Source: Eukaryota sp. GEM-RC1 (Eukaryota). From it: 64,000 bases of DNA. The translations under genes were made by a program, and so were the position numbers. Positions within the stretch are counted from its first letter, which is position 1; the number at the start of each line of letters is the position of its first letter. Of this stretch, positions 26,701 to 38,149 are shown piece by piece. The notes beneath the pieces are model-generated. The model saw only the letters and a list, made by a program, of their open reading frames with translations, did not search any database and was not told where the DNA came from. The DNA is taken from positions 1,736,001 to 1,800,000 of the forward strand of contig JAUFOQ010000010.1 in NCBI GenBank assembly GCA_040285855.1. Direction: 5' to 3'.

Positions 26701-28539
26701 CATCCGTGTATTTAATCAGACACTTATCCTCACAAAAAGGCCAGGTATTGGTACCAGAGACTGTAGGAAGACATCCTTGGTGTCTCAACTGGTGGTTTGT
26801 AGACAGATTCTTATTCTCAAGACACACGTGATGAGAGGATGCAGTATACACCCACTCACTGGAAAAAGAATCAGCAGAGTACTTACCACTATTAGTAGGA
26901 CAACCTTTACAACAAGGAGAGTTAGTGATATCATTACATTTGGTACGATCAACCAAGAACTGAACAATTGAAGGAGTAGAATCAGCTAAAACACAGCAAG
27001 AGGCTATTCCGGGACCAACGTGAAGTAAAACATCAGCAGTAACATTGATTATGGCACCAGGATGATTCGTGAAGTGGAAATCCACATAAGAAAACAAATC
27101 ACTGGTATCATTAAAATGGACAACATCGTGATTATCAATGGAAGAATTCTGTCCAAATTTAAAATTACCTTGAATCATGAGGTGACCTTCATTCACGAGA
27201 GAAGATTTCACAGTGAAAACCTTTTCAGTTCCTTTTTGAATATAACCTCCTTGCTGAAGTACTGTAGTACCAGAGATTCGACCCCCACTCCAAGCAAAGT
27301 CGTTCTCCACAACAAGGGTATCTCCACCCAGTCTGTTGGATGTACCATGCATAAGTAGAAAGTCAGTAATGACCTCAGCATTAGTTTCAAGAGTTACAGT
27401 ACCATCAAACAGATACATTTCAGCAAATCTAGCAGGTTTATCAGCATTCTTAAAATGAGCATTACCAGTTTGAATTGATAAGTAAAACCGTTGTGTGAAT
27501 AAGCGAACATAATCCTCAATTAAGAAAAGCCCTCCAGTAACTGTAACATTAAAATGAGTTACTCTAATTTGAGATTGACCTTTAAAGACAATAGAGCCAC
27601 CAGTATTTACCGACCCAACGACCATATCAAACACGCGAGAGGATTCGTCAAAGATAGCCGTTCCTGTATTAACAAATACATTTCCAAATAGTCTAAAACT
27701 GTTAATGGATAGAACAACAGTACCAGATTCAAAGAGTAAATCACCAGGACCTTCAATAGCACAAGATCTGTGAATTCTGTAGTCAGAATCAAGTACTAAC
27801 ATGGAATCAGCATCATTCATTCGGAAATCACCGTATGCTTCTGCATATCTAGTGATTTTGAACTGAGTATCCGGAGCGTTGAAAATCAGAGAGCCATAAT
27901 GTTCGAACTGGAGGTCCATGGAAATGTGAGAAGGAGCATCAAGATAAATGTCACCCATGTTAGAGAATTCAGCATGACTGTCTTCAGCAACAGAGGTGAA
28001 AGTAACATCAGCGAAGAAGTGAGTGGTACAAAAGATATCAGTCTGAAAGATAGAGAGACGGTGAGCATCGATGAATTGAGGATCGAAGAAGCGAAGAGTA
28101 CCGAGGGTATGGAAGGTAGTTCCCTCTCCAATAGTTTTGTTTTGGGATGAGGTGAAGAGGAAGTCAAAAGAGGAAGTAATGGAGCCGTCGCCTGATATTG
28201 TACCAGAGATCCAGGTTAAGTTAGTAGCACGAAGAGCCCGTCCACTAGTAATACAGAGATCAGGTATGGTCTCAGAAGAATCGGAACCCAATGTGAGACT
28301 TCCAATAGTATGATGGGTGGAGAGGATTACGGAATAATGTCCCTCTTTTGTGATAAAGGCATTGTCGTTAGTCCCAGGGATTGAATTAGGGATCCAATTA
28401 GAGGCATCGTAAAAAGAAGAAGAAGAAGTACCCGTCCAATAAACATCTTAGATAAGAAGGATCGATTATAGTAGATACCAGCAGCATAGGACACCAAAAG
28501 GAGCAAACTCAACAACAAGAGCATCCTAGTTATTGCCAT
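11738..28539 (-). CDS. Giant (~5,600 codons) type-I membrane/cell-surface protein: signal peptide, long beta-helix-like repeat region, PSI-like Cys domain, single TM, Pro-rich tail
   Basis: Signal peptide MAITRMLLLLSLLLLVSYAA; 32-nt intron 28447-28478; ORFs 23081..28291, 19197..23078, 14693..19237, 12705..14696, 12211..12708, 11738..12304 abut or overlap via 1-nt shifts; recurring WxGG / FxNxG motifs; CADLKTCSECVFYPACGWSLDLNKC near 13404-13478; TM FVIITIAIIVLIMLLIIG near 12044-12100. Confidence 0.8.
28447..28478 (-). other. 32-nt spliceosomal intron (GT...AG)
   Basis: Removing gtatctactataatcgatccttcttatctaag joins signal peptide ...YAA to DVYWTGTSSSSFYDASNWIPNSIP, which is open into the 1736-aa ORF. 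Confidence 0.75.
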
Positions 28540-28719
28540 GAGTAAACGAAACTATAAAGTTTCGAATCGGGTAAGGAAACGCTAAAAGGAGAAAAATTGA
28601 TAAAGGAAATATTAACAATTTCAAATTATTGTTTTCAATTACATGTATATTGACTACTAGTAGTACATTATCATACCAGTACATCATTTAAAAATCTATT
28701 GAACATAAGTGTGTTGTAC

Positions 28720-29335
28720 AATTCTGCTGAGAATATCTCCTTTTTAATCTCACACACCGTCAACAATGTTGACTCAACATCCACAAATGTACTTTCACTG
28801 ACGAGGCTTTTGCTGAGATGTGTGACTTAATCACGACCAGTACTTCATTGACATATTTTGACCTATCTTATTGTTGCCTAAGCGACGAAAATTTTCTGAG
28901 AAGTATTGATCCCTTTCAGCGTGATTCTTCTGTAAATTCAATATTAAAGAGCCTCGTTTTGAGTGTAATTGTATTTGGAATGAAAGTGCAAAACCATTAG
29001 CTCAATTGTTGAAAGTAGATTCTACAATTTCCAAAAATTGATTTTTGGGGACACTCTATTAGTTATGACGGTGCGTTGATACTCTCAAACAAGCTAAAGT
29101 TCAATTCATCAATTTCTGTCATCAATTTGAACAATTACTCTTTCTCCAAGAAACATCATGTAAAACTGCAAAAGACGTCAAAAGAATGATATTTTCTGAA
29201 ACAAATTGGTATTGTGGACTTATTTTTCTAATTATTAACTTACACGCTGGTGGACAACGTCTTATTTTAATATAAACTCAAAAAACTGCCCACGTATTGC
29301 TTCATATTGAAATAGTTTTGAAGTTCAAAATTACA
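28720..29335 (+). pseudogene. LRR-gene C-terminal fragment plus 3' flank, paralogous to 36395-36997
   Basis: MCDLITTSTSLTYFDLSYC...; downstream ttaacttacacgctggtg...aaatagttttga is shared with the 3' flank of the second LRR gene. Confidence 0.7.
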
Positions 29336-31272
29336 TAAGTTTGTAGTTATCAGTTATCAGTTTTGCAAATTCCACTGGTGGTGTAACATTTTGGGTAACT
29401 GTGCCCAATTTTTAGTGCTCATTGTGCACATGACGAACTAGATGTTGACGAAGATTGAGTTTGCAAATAGGATATATTCATCTTCTGCGGTACATATATG
29501 TAAATTGACACTTAATCATCATCATCATTGTTTTGTTATCCTTGTTCAGCATCAACAAGTGTAGAAATATCTGTTTGTGCATTTCGTGCAGCACTGTTTT
29601 CAAATACAAATATACAATATTTCATAATAGAACTATTCGTTCTTGCACGAAAATACGCGTATGGCCGTATGGATTTAGTAAAGATTTAGTGGCCAAATAA
29701 TCACAAAAAAATATGGAGTATTAACGCTTTTAAGGATGAGTCATTGAGTATGGGGCAATTGTATGTTCTCGAGAATTGGTAGATGTCCAACAAAAGTTCA
29801 AGGTTGATCTCCACTAATTCACTGATTCTGGAGTCTACGTCCTGCATCACGTCCTCTTTGTTATACTCGAGAAGTAACTTCGTGGATTGTTAGTATGAAT
29901 TGAGGAAGCGACTAAATCATGGAGGGGTTGATGAACAAAATTTGTTCAGTTTCACTGAATTAGTTTGATAAGGGGCCGCCAAGGATATACACCATTTGAT
30001 TGAAAAATTCAAAATAAATGATTGTTCTTCTGTTTGTTATTTGACTCTCTGATTTTTTTTTGTGATGACATTATGTCACTGAGTCATGACAACACCCCTT
30101 TCTTTTTCAATGTAAATATTTTTATTAAAACTAAAGACACTGAGAACAACTACTGTACAGGAGTTTTTACTTGCTTTATTGATGTCGAAAATGAAGTGTT
30201 TTGCTTTTCACCTAAAACTTCTACTCAAATTTTCTAACAAAATCTCATTTCTAAAGAGTTTTTAGATATGCCCTGAACAATTGTTCAAATATTCGGAACA
30301 TGTGTTGGCAAATGGATCAAAGAGAGAGAGAAATGGGAGTTGGATGGATTCATCTTCCACTATCACAACTATAGTAATCGCAGTCAGGGATATTTTGTTA
30401 TCACTGTGGGTTGCAATATATTAGAACCATCTTCAATTCGCAAGAAAGTTGCTTTAGAAGATTCCAAACATGTGTTTTTCAAAGTGATATTAGCTCAAAT
30501 TTCATCTCATGATAAGTCACTCTTGTATAGTTTGTAAAGCAGCTGTCTTCGATGGAATCGCTGTCTGTTGTGATCGAGTTGTTTGCTCTCAGAAATGCCA
30601 CCAACAATGGCACAAAAGTTATTGTTCGTGTGACTCTTGCAACGCCACGCCTTCTTCTCTTAATTCCACTCACAATCTTGCATCTGAGTCTGTCTCTTCT
30701 TCTCTTGGCTGTAAGAACATATATGATCCGAAGCACATCCATTTTCAGCAGACTTTACTAGCACTGATAAGCTCTCATCTCGTAGTAAGTCTCTGGAAGT
30801 CTGAAATTGCACGTGATCTGTCTCTTCGTCGTTTGACCAACATACTACCTGCATTTTTCCACCACGTTGGCTATGTTAGTCAACGTTTCCTTGAATCTGC
30901 TTACCTAGGAGTTAAACTCTTTTTGATTCAAACACTATCGTTACTTCAGCTTCTGATCTTTCTCTTCTTCTTTCCATCACGTCTTACTTCAAAGCAGATC
31001 TTCAGTCTGTGTTATTGAAAATAGATAGTCCATTTAATATCGACGACATTCTTGATCATACTTCCAGAATTACTAGTCTAAAAGTAAATGATCACGTCAC
31101 CAATTTGACCCATCTACTTGACAAATCTTCTCCTCTTTTCTTACCCAGACTAAGATGTATTGATTTGACCATACTGGGGATTTCATTTTGGGTGCTTAAT
31201 TCACAAATGGGCAACTAACTCCCAAACTTTTAAACTCCCACACTCTGATATCCCCTTTCTTTTCATTTTACC

Positions 31273-32409
31273 ATGGTTGGCTATAGATTGGGTTTCTTAA
31301 TGGACTATGAAGAACTATCTCAACTTCGGCGAGCATTAATGGCTATGGATGACTCGGCAAAAGCTGCTTTGAAAGCCTGTCGATTTCATGCCACCGAAGA
31401 CACGAAGGTCCGAGCTCTGTATACCTACTTTTTCCTCGGTAAAACACAATCTCAGGTAGCTTCTTTCTTTTGGATACACCAAACTCTCCTTGGGAAATGG
31501 ATTAAGAAGCTATTCACCCAGCAACTTGATAATCCTGATGATGGTGAAGGTAGTAGTCGCTCTCTGCTTACTAGTGAAGATGGTGACTTCATTGAAGGCA
31601 TTCTTTCAAGACACCCTCTTCTGTTTTTGCGGGAAATAAAGCGGATTGTCCTGTCTCAGCTCAATAAGAACGTTTCTGTCTCTACTATTCATCGTTTTTT
31701 AGTGCAAAAACGAGGATGGACCCGTAAAAGGTGCCAAGTAATAGTCAGAAAAGCAAAAGCTGAGCTTATTCATTCATTTAGTATTATGTTTCGTAGAAAC
31801 TTTGGTGTAGTGATGCAAGAACAACTGGTGTTTATAGACGAACTTAGTTTTAGGGTTGAACATCTACAAAGAAGATATGGAAGATCACCAAAAGGGCAAC
31901 CTGTTAGCGAAGAACGACCTCAATTCCGAGAACGTCAATTAAGCTTCGTGGTAGCTATCTCGGTCCACGGATTCTTAGCTTGTTCTTTGCGTAAAGGTCA
32001 TTACAACAGAATTGCATTCACAGATTTTCTGATGAACCTACTTGAAGGAGGTGTCCTTGGGGTTGCAGGAACAGCGCGATCCATAATCGTAATGGATGGC
32101 TGTAGAATACATCGCCACAGGCGCATTCAAGAAGGTTTGCGTTTGGCTGGTGTCCACAGCTTGATCTTGCCCCCTTACTGTCCCGAAATGAACCCGATTG
32201 AGGCGTTCTTTGGGCAATGGAGAAAACGTGTAAGAGATGTTTGTTACACTAATCTAGAGGAAACGTCTTTGTCGGTAATCAAACGAATTCTCGAAACTGA
32301 AATGAGAATGGATTGTAGTCGATTGTTCGATCATGCAGGATGGAAGCATGGTAAAGTCTACAAATCTCCTTACCTCACTGAACCTCATTTGAGAAAGTTT
32401 GTTGAATGA
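31273..32409 (+). CDS. DD34E transposase (IS630/Tc1-like), apparently intact
   Basis: N-terminal HTH-like region, VSVSTIHRFL, catalytic FIDE...MDGCRIH...LPPYCPEMNPIE with 34 residues between the second D and E. Confidence 0.92.
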   Translation: MVGYRLGFLMDYEELSQLRRALMAMDDSAKAALKACRFHATEDTKVRALYTYFFLGKTQSQVASFFWIHQTLLGKWIKKLFTQQLDNPDDGEGSSRSLLTSEDGDFIEGILSRHPLLFLREIKRIVLSQLNKNVSVSTIHRFLVQKRGWTRKRCQVIVRKAKAELIHSFSIMFRRNFGVVMQEQLVFIDELSFRVEHLQRRYGRSPKGQPVSEERPQFRERQLSFVVAISVHGFLACSLRKGHYNRIAFTDFLMNLLEGGVLGVAGTARSIIVMDGCRIHRHRRIQEGLRLAGVHSLILPPYCPEMNPIEAFFGQWRKRVRDVCYTNLEETSLSVIKRILETEMRMDCSRLFDHAGWKHGKVYKSPYLTEPHLRKFVE

Positions 32410-32439
32410 AGAATCAGTTGTTTTATTAATAAATGAAAC

Positions 32440-33395
32440 CTAGTCCGTTTCAGAACCAGAGGACATATGGGCATTATCATCTGCTTGATCAACATTCGCA
32501 AACGCACGTCGGCTGTAAGGTGGAAGTCCTGCTTGGCTACTTGAACGCGAGCCAGCCAACAAAATTTTTCTTTCTAATTCCAAGATTAGTAAATCTTTTT
32601 GTGTGGTCAAGCTTTCTATAACATTTTCCAGAATTCTATCCATTTTCCTAGCGACCCACTGGGTAGTTTCTGCTGCAAGGTCTTTTAGTTTTTCTTCCAT
32701 TGCGCTGTCAGAGGGGAGAATAATACGAGTAAACCAGTCATCGATGGTAAATGGTGGTACATCAGAATTGACTCCTTTTTGTTAATCAAACCCAACCACG
32801 TCTGCCAGTGAATTTTGTCTGCAGTATATTTTGTCTTATTTTTATCCATCAGCTCCTCCAGTGTCATAGCACCTGCTTCCACGAGTTCTACTGGCTTAAT
32901 AAAAGAATCGTATTCAGTTTTCGACACATTTTCCACAGAGACCCTAGCTACAATTAGAAAGTTTCCTGTAGGTCTCTGTATCTCAGCATTGATTTTTTTC
33001 AAAAGGTGAGTTGCTGAGATATTGTCCTTTTGTTTGTACCACTAATCCAAAAAAAAAGACTTAATAGAATTAGGGTGAAGCAGGATATTTTGGTTGGAAC
33101 AAGCTGTGTCAAAGTGTGACAGGAAGAGATCTTTGATGGCGACTGGCTGACAGTCTTTAGCGTCATTAAAAAAGATCTTTAAGCCAGGTAATTCTATCTT
33201 CTTCCTAGACATAGAATATGTGTGGTACTCCGCCTTGACATCAAAAGCATGTCGAAAAGCAGGAGTGTCAGAACCTTCCAGGAGGGGTACAGAGGTACTA
33301 AGAGCAATGGGAACGTCGTCAGCAACTCGAGTTATGGGAAGTGAAGGGTCGTTATCCATGATGGCGCGAGAAGGAGAACCTATAGGTGAAGACAT
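32440..33395 (-). CDS. Second (cargo) ORF of the IS630/Tc1 element, ~320 aa, unknown function; one in-frame TAG and one frameshift
   Basis: ORFs 33042..33425, 32685..33002 and 32440..32700 join into one reading (MSSPIGSPS...FFLD*WYKQKDN...DDWFTRIILPSDSAMEEK...). Confidence 0.55.
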
Positions 33396-35505
33396 GTTGA
33401 AAAAGTACAATACTGAAAGCAGCATCGTATTTATTCAACGATTACATCAACTAAGAGGAATGATATCTCTACAGTGCAACTCATCAACAGAAGAATACCA
33501 GGCTTATATGTATTGAGCAAAGAAAACACAAAGATCGAGCAGAAACAGTAAGAACATTGTGCTAGTTTCGGTGAATCAAGTAAGCCATGCCAATCAGAGG
33601 AGATCGAAGGCCAAAAAGGTATGTTGGTGTTATGAGATCGATCTAAGGTGTGGGAATTTAGCTGTTCTGAAATTCGGGAATTAAGAACCTTGAGTGAAAT
33701 CCCCAGTATCGTCTGATTTTAAATTACCTACCTTCTGTAAAGCTCTACTATTAAGTACTACTATTGTTGAATTAAGTATTACTGTAGATTTAACCGCTAC
33801 TGTTGTGTTTGCGCTAACAGAAGTTTTCCGCATGGTACATTCATTTAGAAAGATTAAACTTAGTGTTCCTTGTTCTAACTCTCGGTTTCCTATTAATGAT
33901 TACCATTCGATGCTTCTGTTTACTGCTTTAGCTAGTAGTACTTCCCTTAAATCATTAGATTTATCTGGCATTGTTATAGAAAATTCAAGTGTTCTCGTCC
34001 CTCTTCTAGTCTTAGAAGTCTAGTTTTTCCTTGTTGTAGAAGTCTTGATTCTACAGTGATTGAGGCTCTAAACTATAATCGTTCTCTTCAAGAACTAACT
34101 TTTGTAGATACTGAAATCAATACTGAAGAACTTTCAAAAGCTTTAAAGTCTAATAATTCTTTAAAAAACTGGAGATGCTTCGATGTCGAATTATTCATTT
34201 TACTAATTTTCTTGAACTAAATCCTTCGTTGTTAGAATTATCAATATCTAAGCCTAAGGACACACTCGGTTACCGACAGGTCCAGGTATTAATTGAAATG
34301 GTACAACAAAGCTCTGACTTGCGTGTTCTAAGATTGAATGCATTCACTTTATACTTTCTCCAGTTTCGACTTCTTCTCAATGCATGTAAGCTAAATTCAG
34401 GTCTTAAAACAGTTTTGTTTCCTGGAAAGGACTAACATTAACTTCTTTAAATGAAGTTCATCATATTTTCAATTTTGTAAAACTAAGATCAACTTCAGAT
34501 GTTTTTCATCACGTAACTGACGTTGATAATGGAGTTTTCTGCTTTTCACCAGAGAGTTTAACTAGTTTTAATGTCGAGGAAATCTCATTTAAACGGACTT
34601 CTTTAACTCATTTTAATTTACAAAAGCTTACACTTAAAAGATGTTTGTTTACTGATTTTGGGATTTCTGTACTTTGTGACGTCATCAAGACTCATAATTC
34701 ATTGACTTCTGTTGACCTCAGCTACTGTGATTTAAATGAATCAAGTATTCTTGAAGTTACACATGCTATTCATTTCAATTCTTGCTTAAAATTGGTTAAT
34801 CTCAGTCACAATCAATTTGTGTTTAAAACTCTCTTAACTATTTTTAAACAGTTTTCGACTCATCAATCACCACCAATTGTTGAAGTATATCCTCATGCTA
34901 TTGACGTTTTTCTTGGTACTATTTTTTATTCGAATATGATGGAAAATAAGGAGCTAATGCAACTTTTAAACGTTTTAAAAGAAAATATACATATTAATTT
35001 TGTGAAGTGTCGCGGTTTAACGAATTGCGATTTTGATACAATTCTAATTCTTTTAGAAATTTTTTCCATTAACAAATCAGTTATCAGTGTTGATGCTTCT
35101 TGTCTTATTTTAGATATCGAAAATGGTTTGATTAAATACTCTGCTCACAAACTTGTCAAACCAACTTTGGAAGAAGTTTCGTCATTAAAGTCTTTGTTAC
35201 CGAACTTTAACATTAAAGAATTGTCCTTGATCAAATGTGATTTTTCCAATGCAATCACCCCTCTTTGTGACTTAATCAAGGCCAGTCAGTCATTGACTTC
35301 TGTTGACTTCAGTCACTGTCAACTGACTGATAAACATGTTCTTGAAATTGTTAGTGTCCTTGAGTCTAAATCTTGCGTAAAAATGATTAATCTAACTAAC
35401 GTGAACATTGGATTTCACACTCTTTTGGCTACTTTTAAACAGTTTTCTACCCACCAATCACCACCAATCCTTGACATGTCTCCACATTGTTTTAATATTC
35501 CACTT

Positions 35506-35907
35506 TTTAATTTTCCGCTGAAAGACGCTGAGAACGCCAAAGTGTCTAAGTACGGACATCAAGTTGCTGCATTGAATTCACGAAGACACAATAATATCGT
35601 CTTTCAGCCTTTTGCAGTTTCATTGTACGGAAATTTCGGTTCTTCTACCAAGGAGTTTTTAAGTTTATTTGAAAATTTGTGTTCAGAATTTGGCAAGAAG
35701 TTTAACAGATCGTACTGGAAGAGTAAATTTGCTTTTTCGATTTTTAGGTCTATGTATAGATATGTTGATTCCATTTTGTCCAAGTTGTTTGGAGGCAACT
35801 ACTTTTCGGAATTAGGTAGTTCGTTTGATAATTTGTTTTAATAGTGTTTATTTATTTGTACTTATCTTATTATGTGTTTTTGTCCGCACATAAATCCGTT
35901 TTTTTTT
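35506..35907 (+). mobile_element. 5'-truncated RLE non-LTR retrotransposon insertion with 11-bp TSD and oligo(T) 3' end
   Basis: TSD atattccactt at 35495-35505 and 35908-35918; KDAENAKVSKY...FQPFAVSLYG...YWKSKFAFSIFR; T9 immediately before the right TSD. Confidence 0.85.
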
Positions 35908-37185
35908 ATATTCCACTTGGAATTATAAGTTGTGTTAACACTATTTCAGATAATGATGTATTTTCTCTGAGAGCTGCCTTAAATTCAAAAGTACCCATCA
36001 AAGCGGTTTCATTTTTTGGTCCGGCAAATTACTTGTCTTTTTCTGGTCTTCTAAATGTATTCAATATTTTTTTTCAGTACAAAGAAATAATCGAAATTGA
36101 TAATATTTCAAATTTTGTCAATATTCCTACTGGACTGATTCAGTGCCGAGAATACATTTCCAATCACGATTTAATTTCTATTTTATCTGATTTAAACCAT
36201 AACTTACCTTTAAGATGCGTTGAGTGTCTTGGATTAATTGATCTAAATTTTGATGGTATCGTTGCTCTTTATCAAATTCTTTCCATCAATAATTCATTGA
36301 TCGATCTTGATATTTCTCCCCATGTCAATGATACGGAGTCTGGCATTTTTGCTTTTCGCCACTAAACTACAGTGAAATTGCTGATGACAGTATCTCTACT
36401 GAGAATATCTCTGTTTTACGTTCTTTTAATCTCACACATGTCAGCATCCACAAATGTGCTTTTACTAACGAGGCTTTTGCAGAGATGTGTGACTTAATCA
36501 GGACCAGTTCTATATTAACGAATATTGACTTATCTTACTGCCGATTAAGTGATGAACATTTACTGAAAATTATTGCTTCTCTTCAGCTTAATTCTTCTGT
36601 AAATATTAAAGAGCTTCATTTTGAGGGGAATTATATCGCAGATGAAAGTGCAAAATCATTAGCTGAATTTTTGAAAGCAAATTCTACAATTTCCAAAATT
36701 GACCTTTGGGGAAACTCTATCAGTTATGATGGCGCCTTAGTACTCTCAAAAAAGTTAAAGTATAATTCATCAATTTCCGTCATCAATATGAGCAATAACC
36801 CCATATCCAAAAACCACCAAGTAAAACTACAGAAGAAGTCAAAAGGAACGATAATATTTTTAACAAATTAGTAGATGTACGTATTTTGTTAATTATTAAT
36901 TAACTTACACGCTGGTGAACAAAATCTTATATTAAAATAAGCTCAAAAAACTGCACAGGCAATGCTACACATTTAAATAGTTTTGATGTTCAAAATGTTT
37001 TAATTTTTCGGTGTCAATTTTGAATTGTTTTTTGCGAGTAAAGATTGTTCTACATTTTGTGTGCATCTTATTCTATCGATACGCACTGTAGCTATCTCCT
37101 TGTTTATGATCCTATTTACTTACTTCTCTTAGACTATAAGAACTGCTACAAATAAATGTGAAAAAACTATAAATAAAACAAAATA

Positions 37186-37871
37186 CAGTAAACTCTCTCT
37201 AATTGCAACCCCTGTAATTGAAAACTCTCTGAAATTGCAATAAAAACCCATGCCACCGAGTAAAACAATACCAAATTGAAAATTGAAACAATTGAAACAC
37301 TTTTTGAGACCTAATTGAAACATTGAAGTCAATGTTAGGCCGTATTCTAGGGGTTATGATTGAAGCTAGCTGCACTATATTGATGTTAGTGCGGAAAAGG
37401 AATACAACATTGGTGACCCAGTACAATCTTCTTCCAATTTTTCCCACAATGCCTTATACAAGACTAAACAACGTTAAAAGTCAAATACAAAATCATGCTA
37501 ATGACCACCCCTCTCTCATTCTTGAAGACTTATCTTTCTGGGTGATTAAAGAACTGGAGGATTCTTTAAGAATTCTCTCTAGATGTGTTCAAAATCACGA
37601 ATTCGATGACATCAAAGCTGTAAATCAAGTAATAAGAGACATTGAAGTAGCAACGGGAGAAAAGAGACGTACAAGTTTAAGACAGGCAAACATACGTTCA
37701 TTCTTCCAGCAACACTAACGAAATAATTGATGTTATGGAATAAATATGCGTAGTACACATGTGTATGTTAAGTTAAGGGTAGGTTTATACAAGCTCTCTG
37801 TAATTGAAAACTCTCTGTAATTGAAACGAAACTCCATTCACCAAGTCGTTTCAATTAGAGAGAGTTTACTG
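37186..37871. mobile_element. Pogo-like non-autonomous element/MITE (686 bp)
   Basis: TIRs cagtaaactctctctaattg / caattagagagagtttactg flanked by TA; subterminal ctctctgtaattgaaa repeats; remnant ending LRQANIRSFF. Confidence 0.85.
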
Positions 37872-38149
37872 TACATTTATACAAGTTTTCAAATCGTTTT
37901 ATGGGAAAATGAAATCCATTGGGGAGTTTTTGGCTCATCTTAACGTGTTTGATCATTTTAATCTTATGTTTGTACCAATGTTGTTGTTATTTTGTCAAGA
38001 CCCATGAAGATAAATGATGGTGACAGCACTTTTTGAGACGCGCTCGTTATAGTACTCATGTACTGTAGTAAACCATATAGATTTCACATATAGTAAAAGT
38101 GAAATCTAGAATACACTACTGTTGAATTCATTTGGGGTGCATACATTTG

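Larger units (their letters stand above)
31174..33706. mobile_element. IS630/Tc1-mariner-superfamily transposon (2.5 kb) with two convergent ORFs
   Basis: Imperfect TIRs ctggggatttca...cttaattc / gaattaag...tgaaatccccag, TA on both sides (31172-73, 33707-08). Confidence 0.9.
30509..36871 (+). pseudogene. Second Cys-rich/LRR gene paralog, interrupted by an IS630/Tc1 element and a non-LTR fragment
   Basis: Start MISHSCIVCKAAVFDGIAVCCD is identical to the 4777 gene; removing 31174-33708 restores LTISSDFKLPTFCKALL in frame; removing the 35506-35918 insert restores SPHCFNIPLGIISCVNTIS. Confidence 0.8.

Noticed and set aside
15051..28167. Numerous 60-120-aa ORFs overlapping the giant gene
   Set aside because: Antisense or alternative-frame shadows of the long coding sequence, no motifs
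33030..33050. Stop-codon reassignment suggested by an in-frame TAG in the cargo ORF
   Set aside because: Multi-kilobase ORFs elsewhere contain no in-frame TAA/TAG, consistent with the standard code
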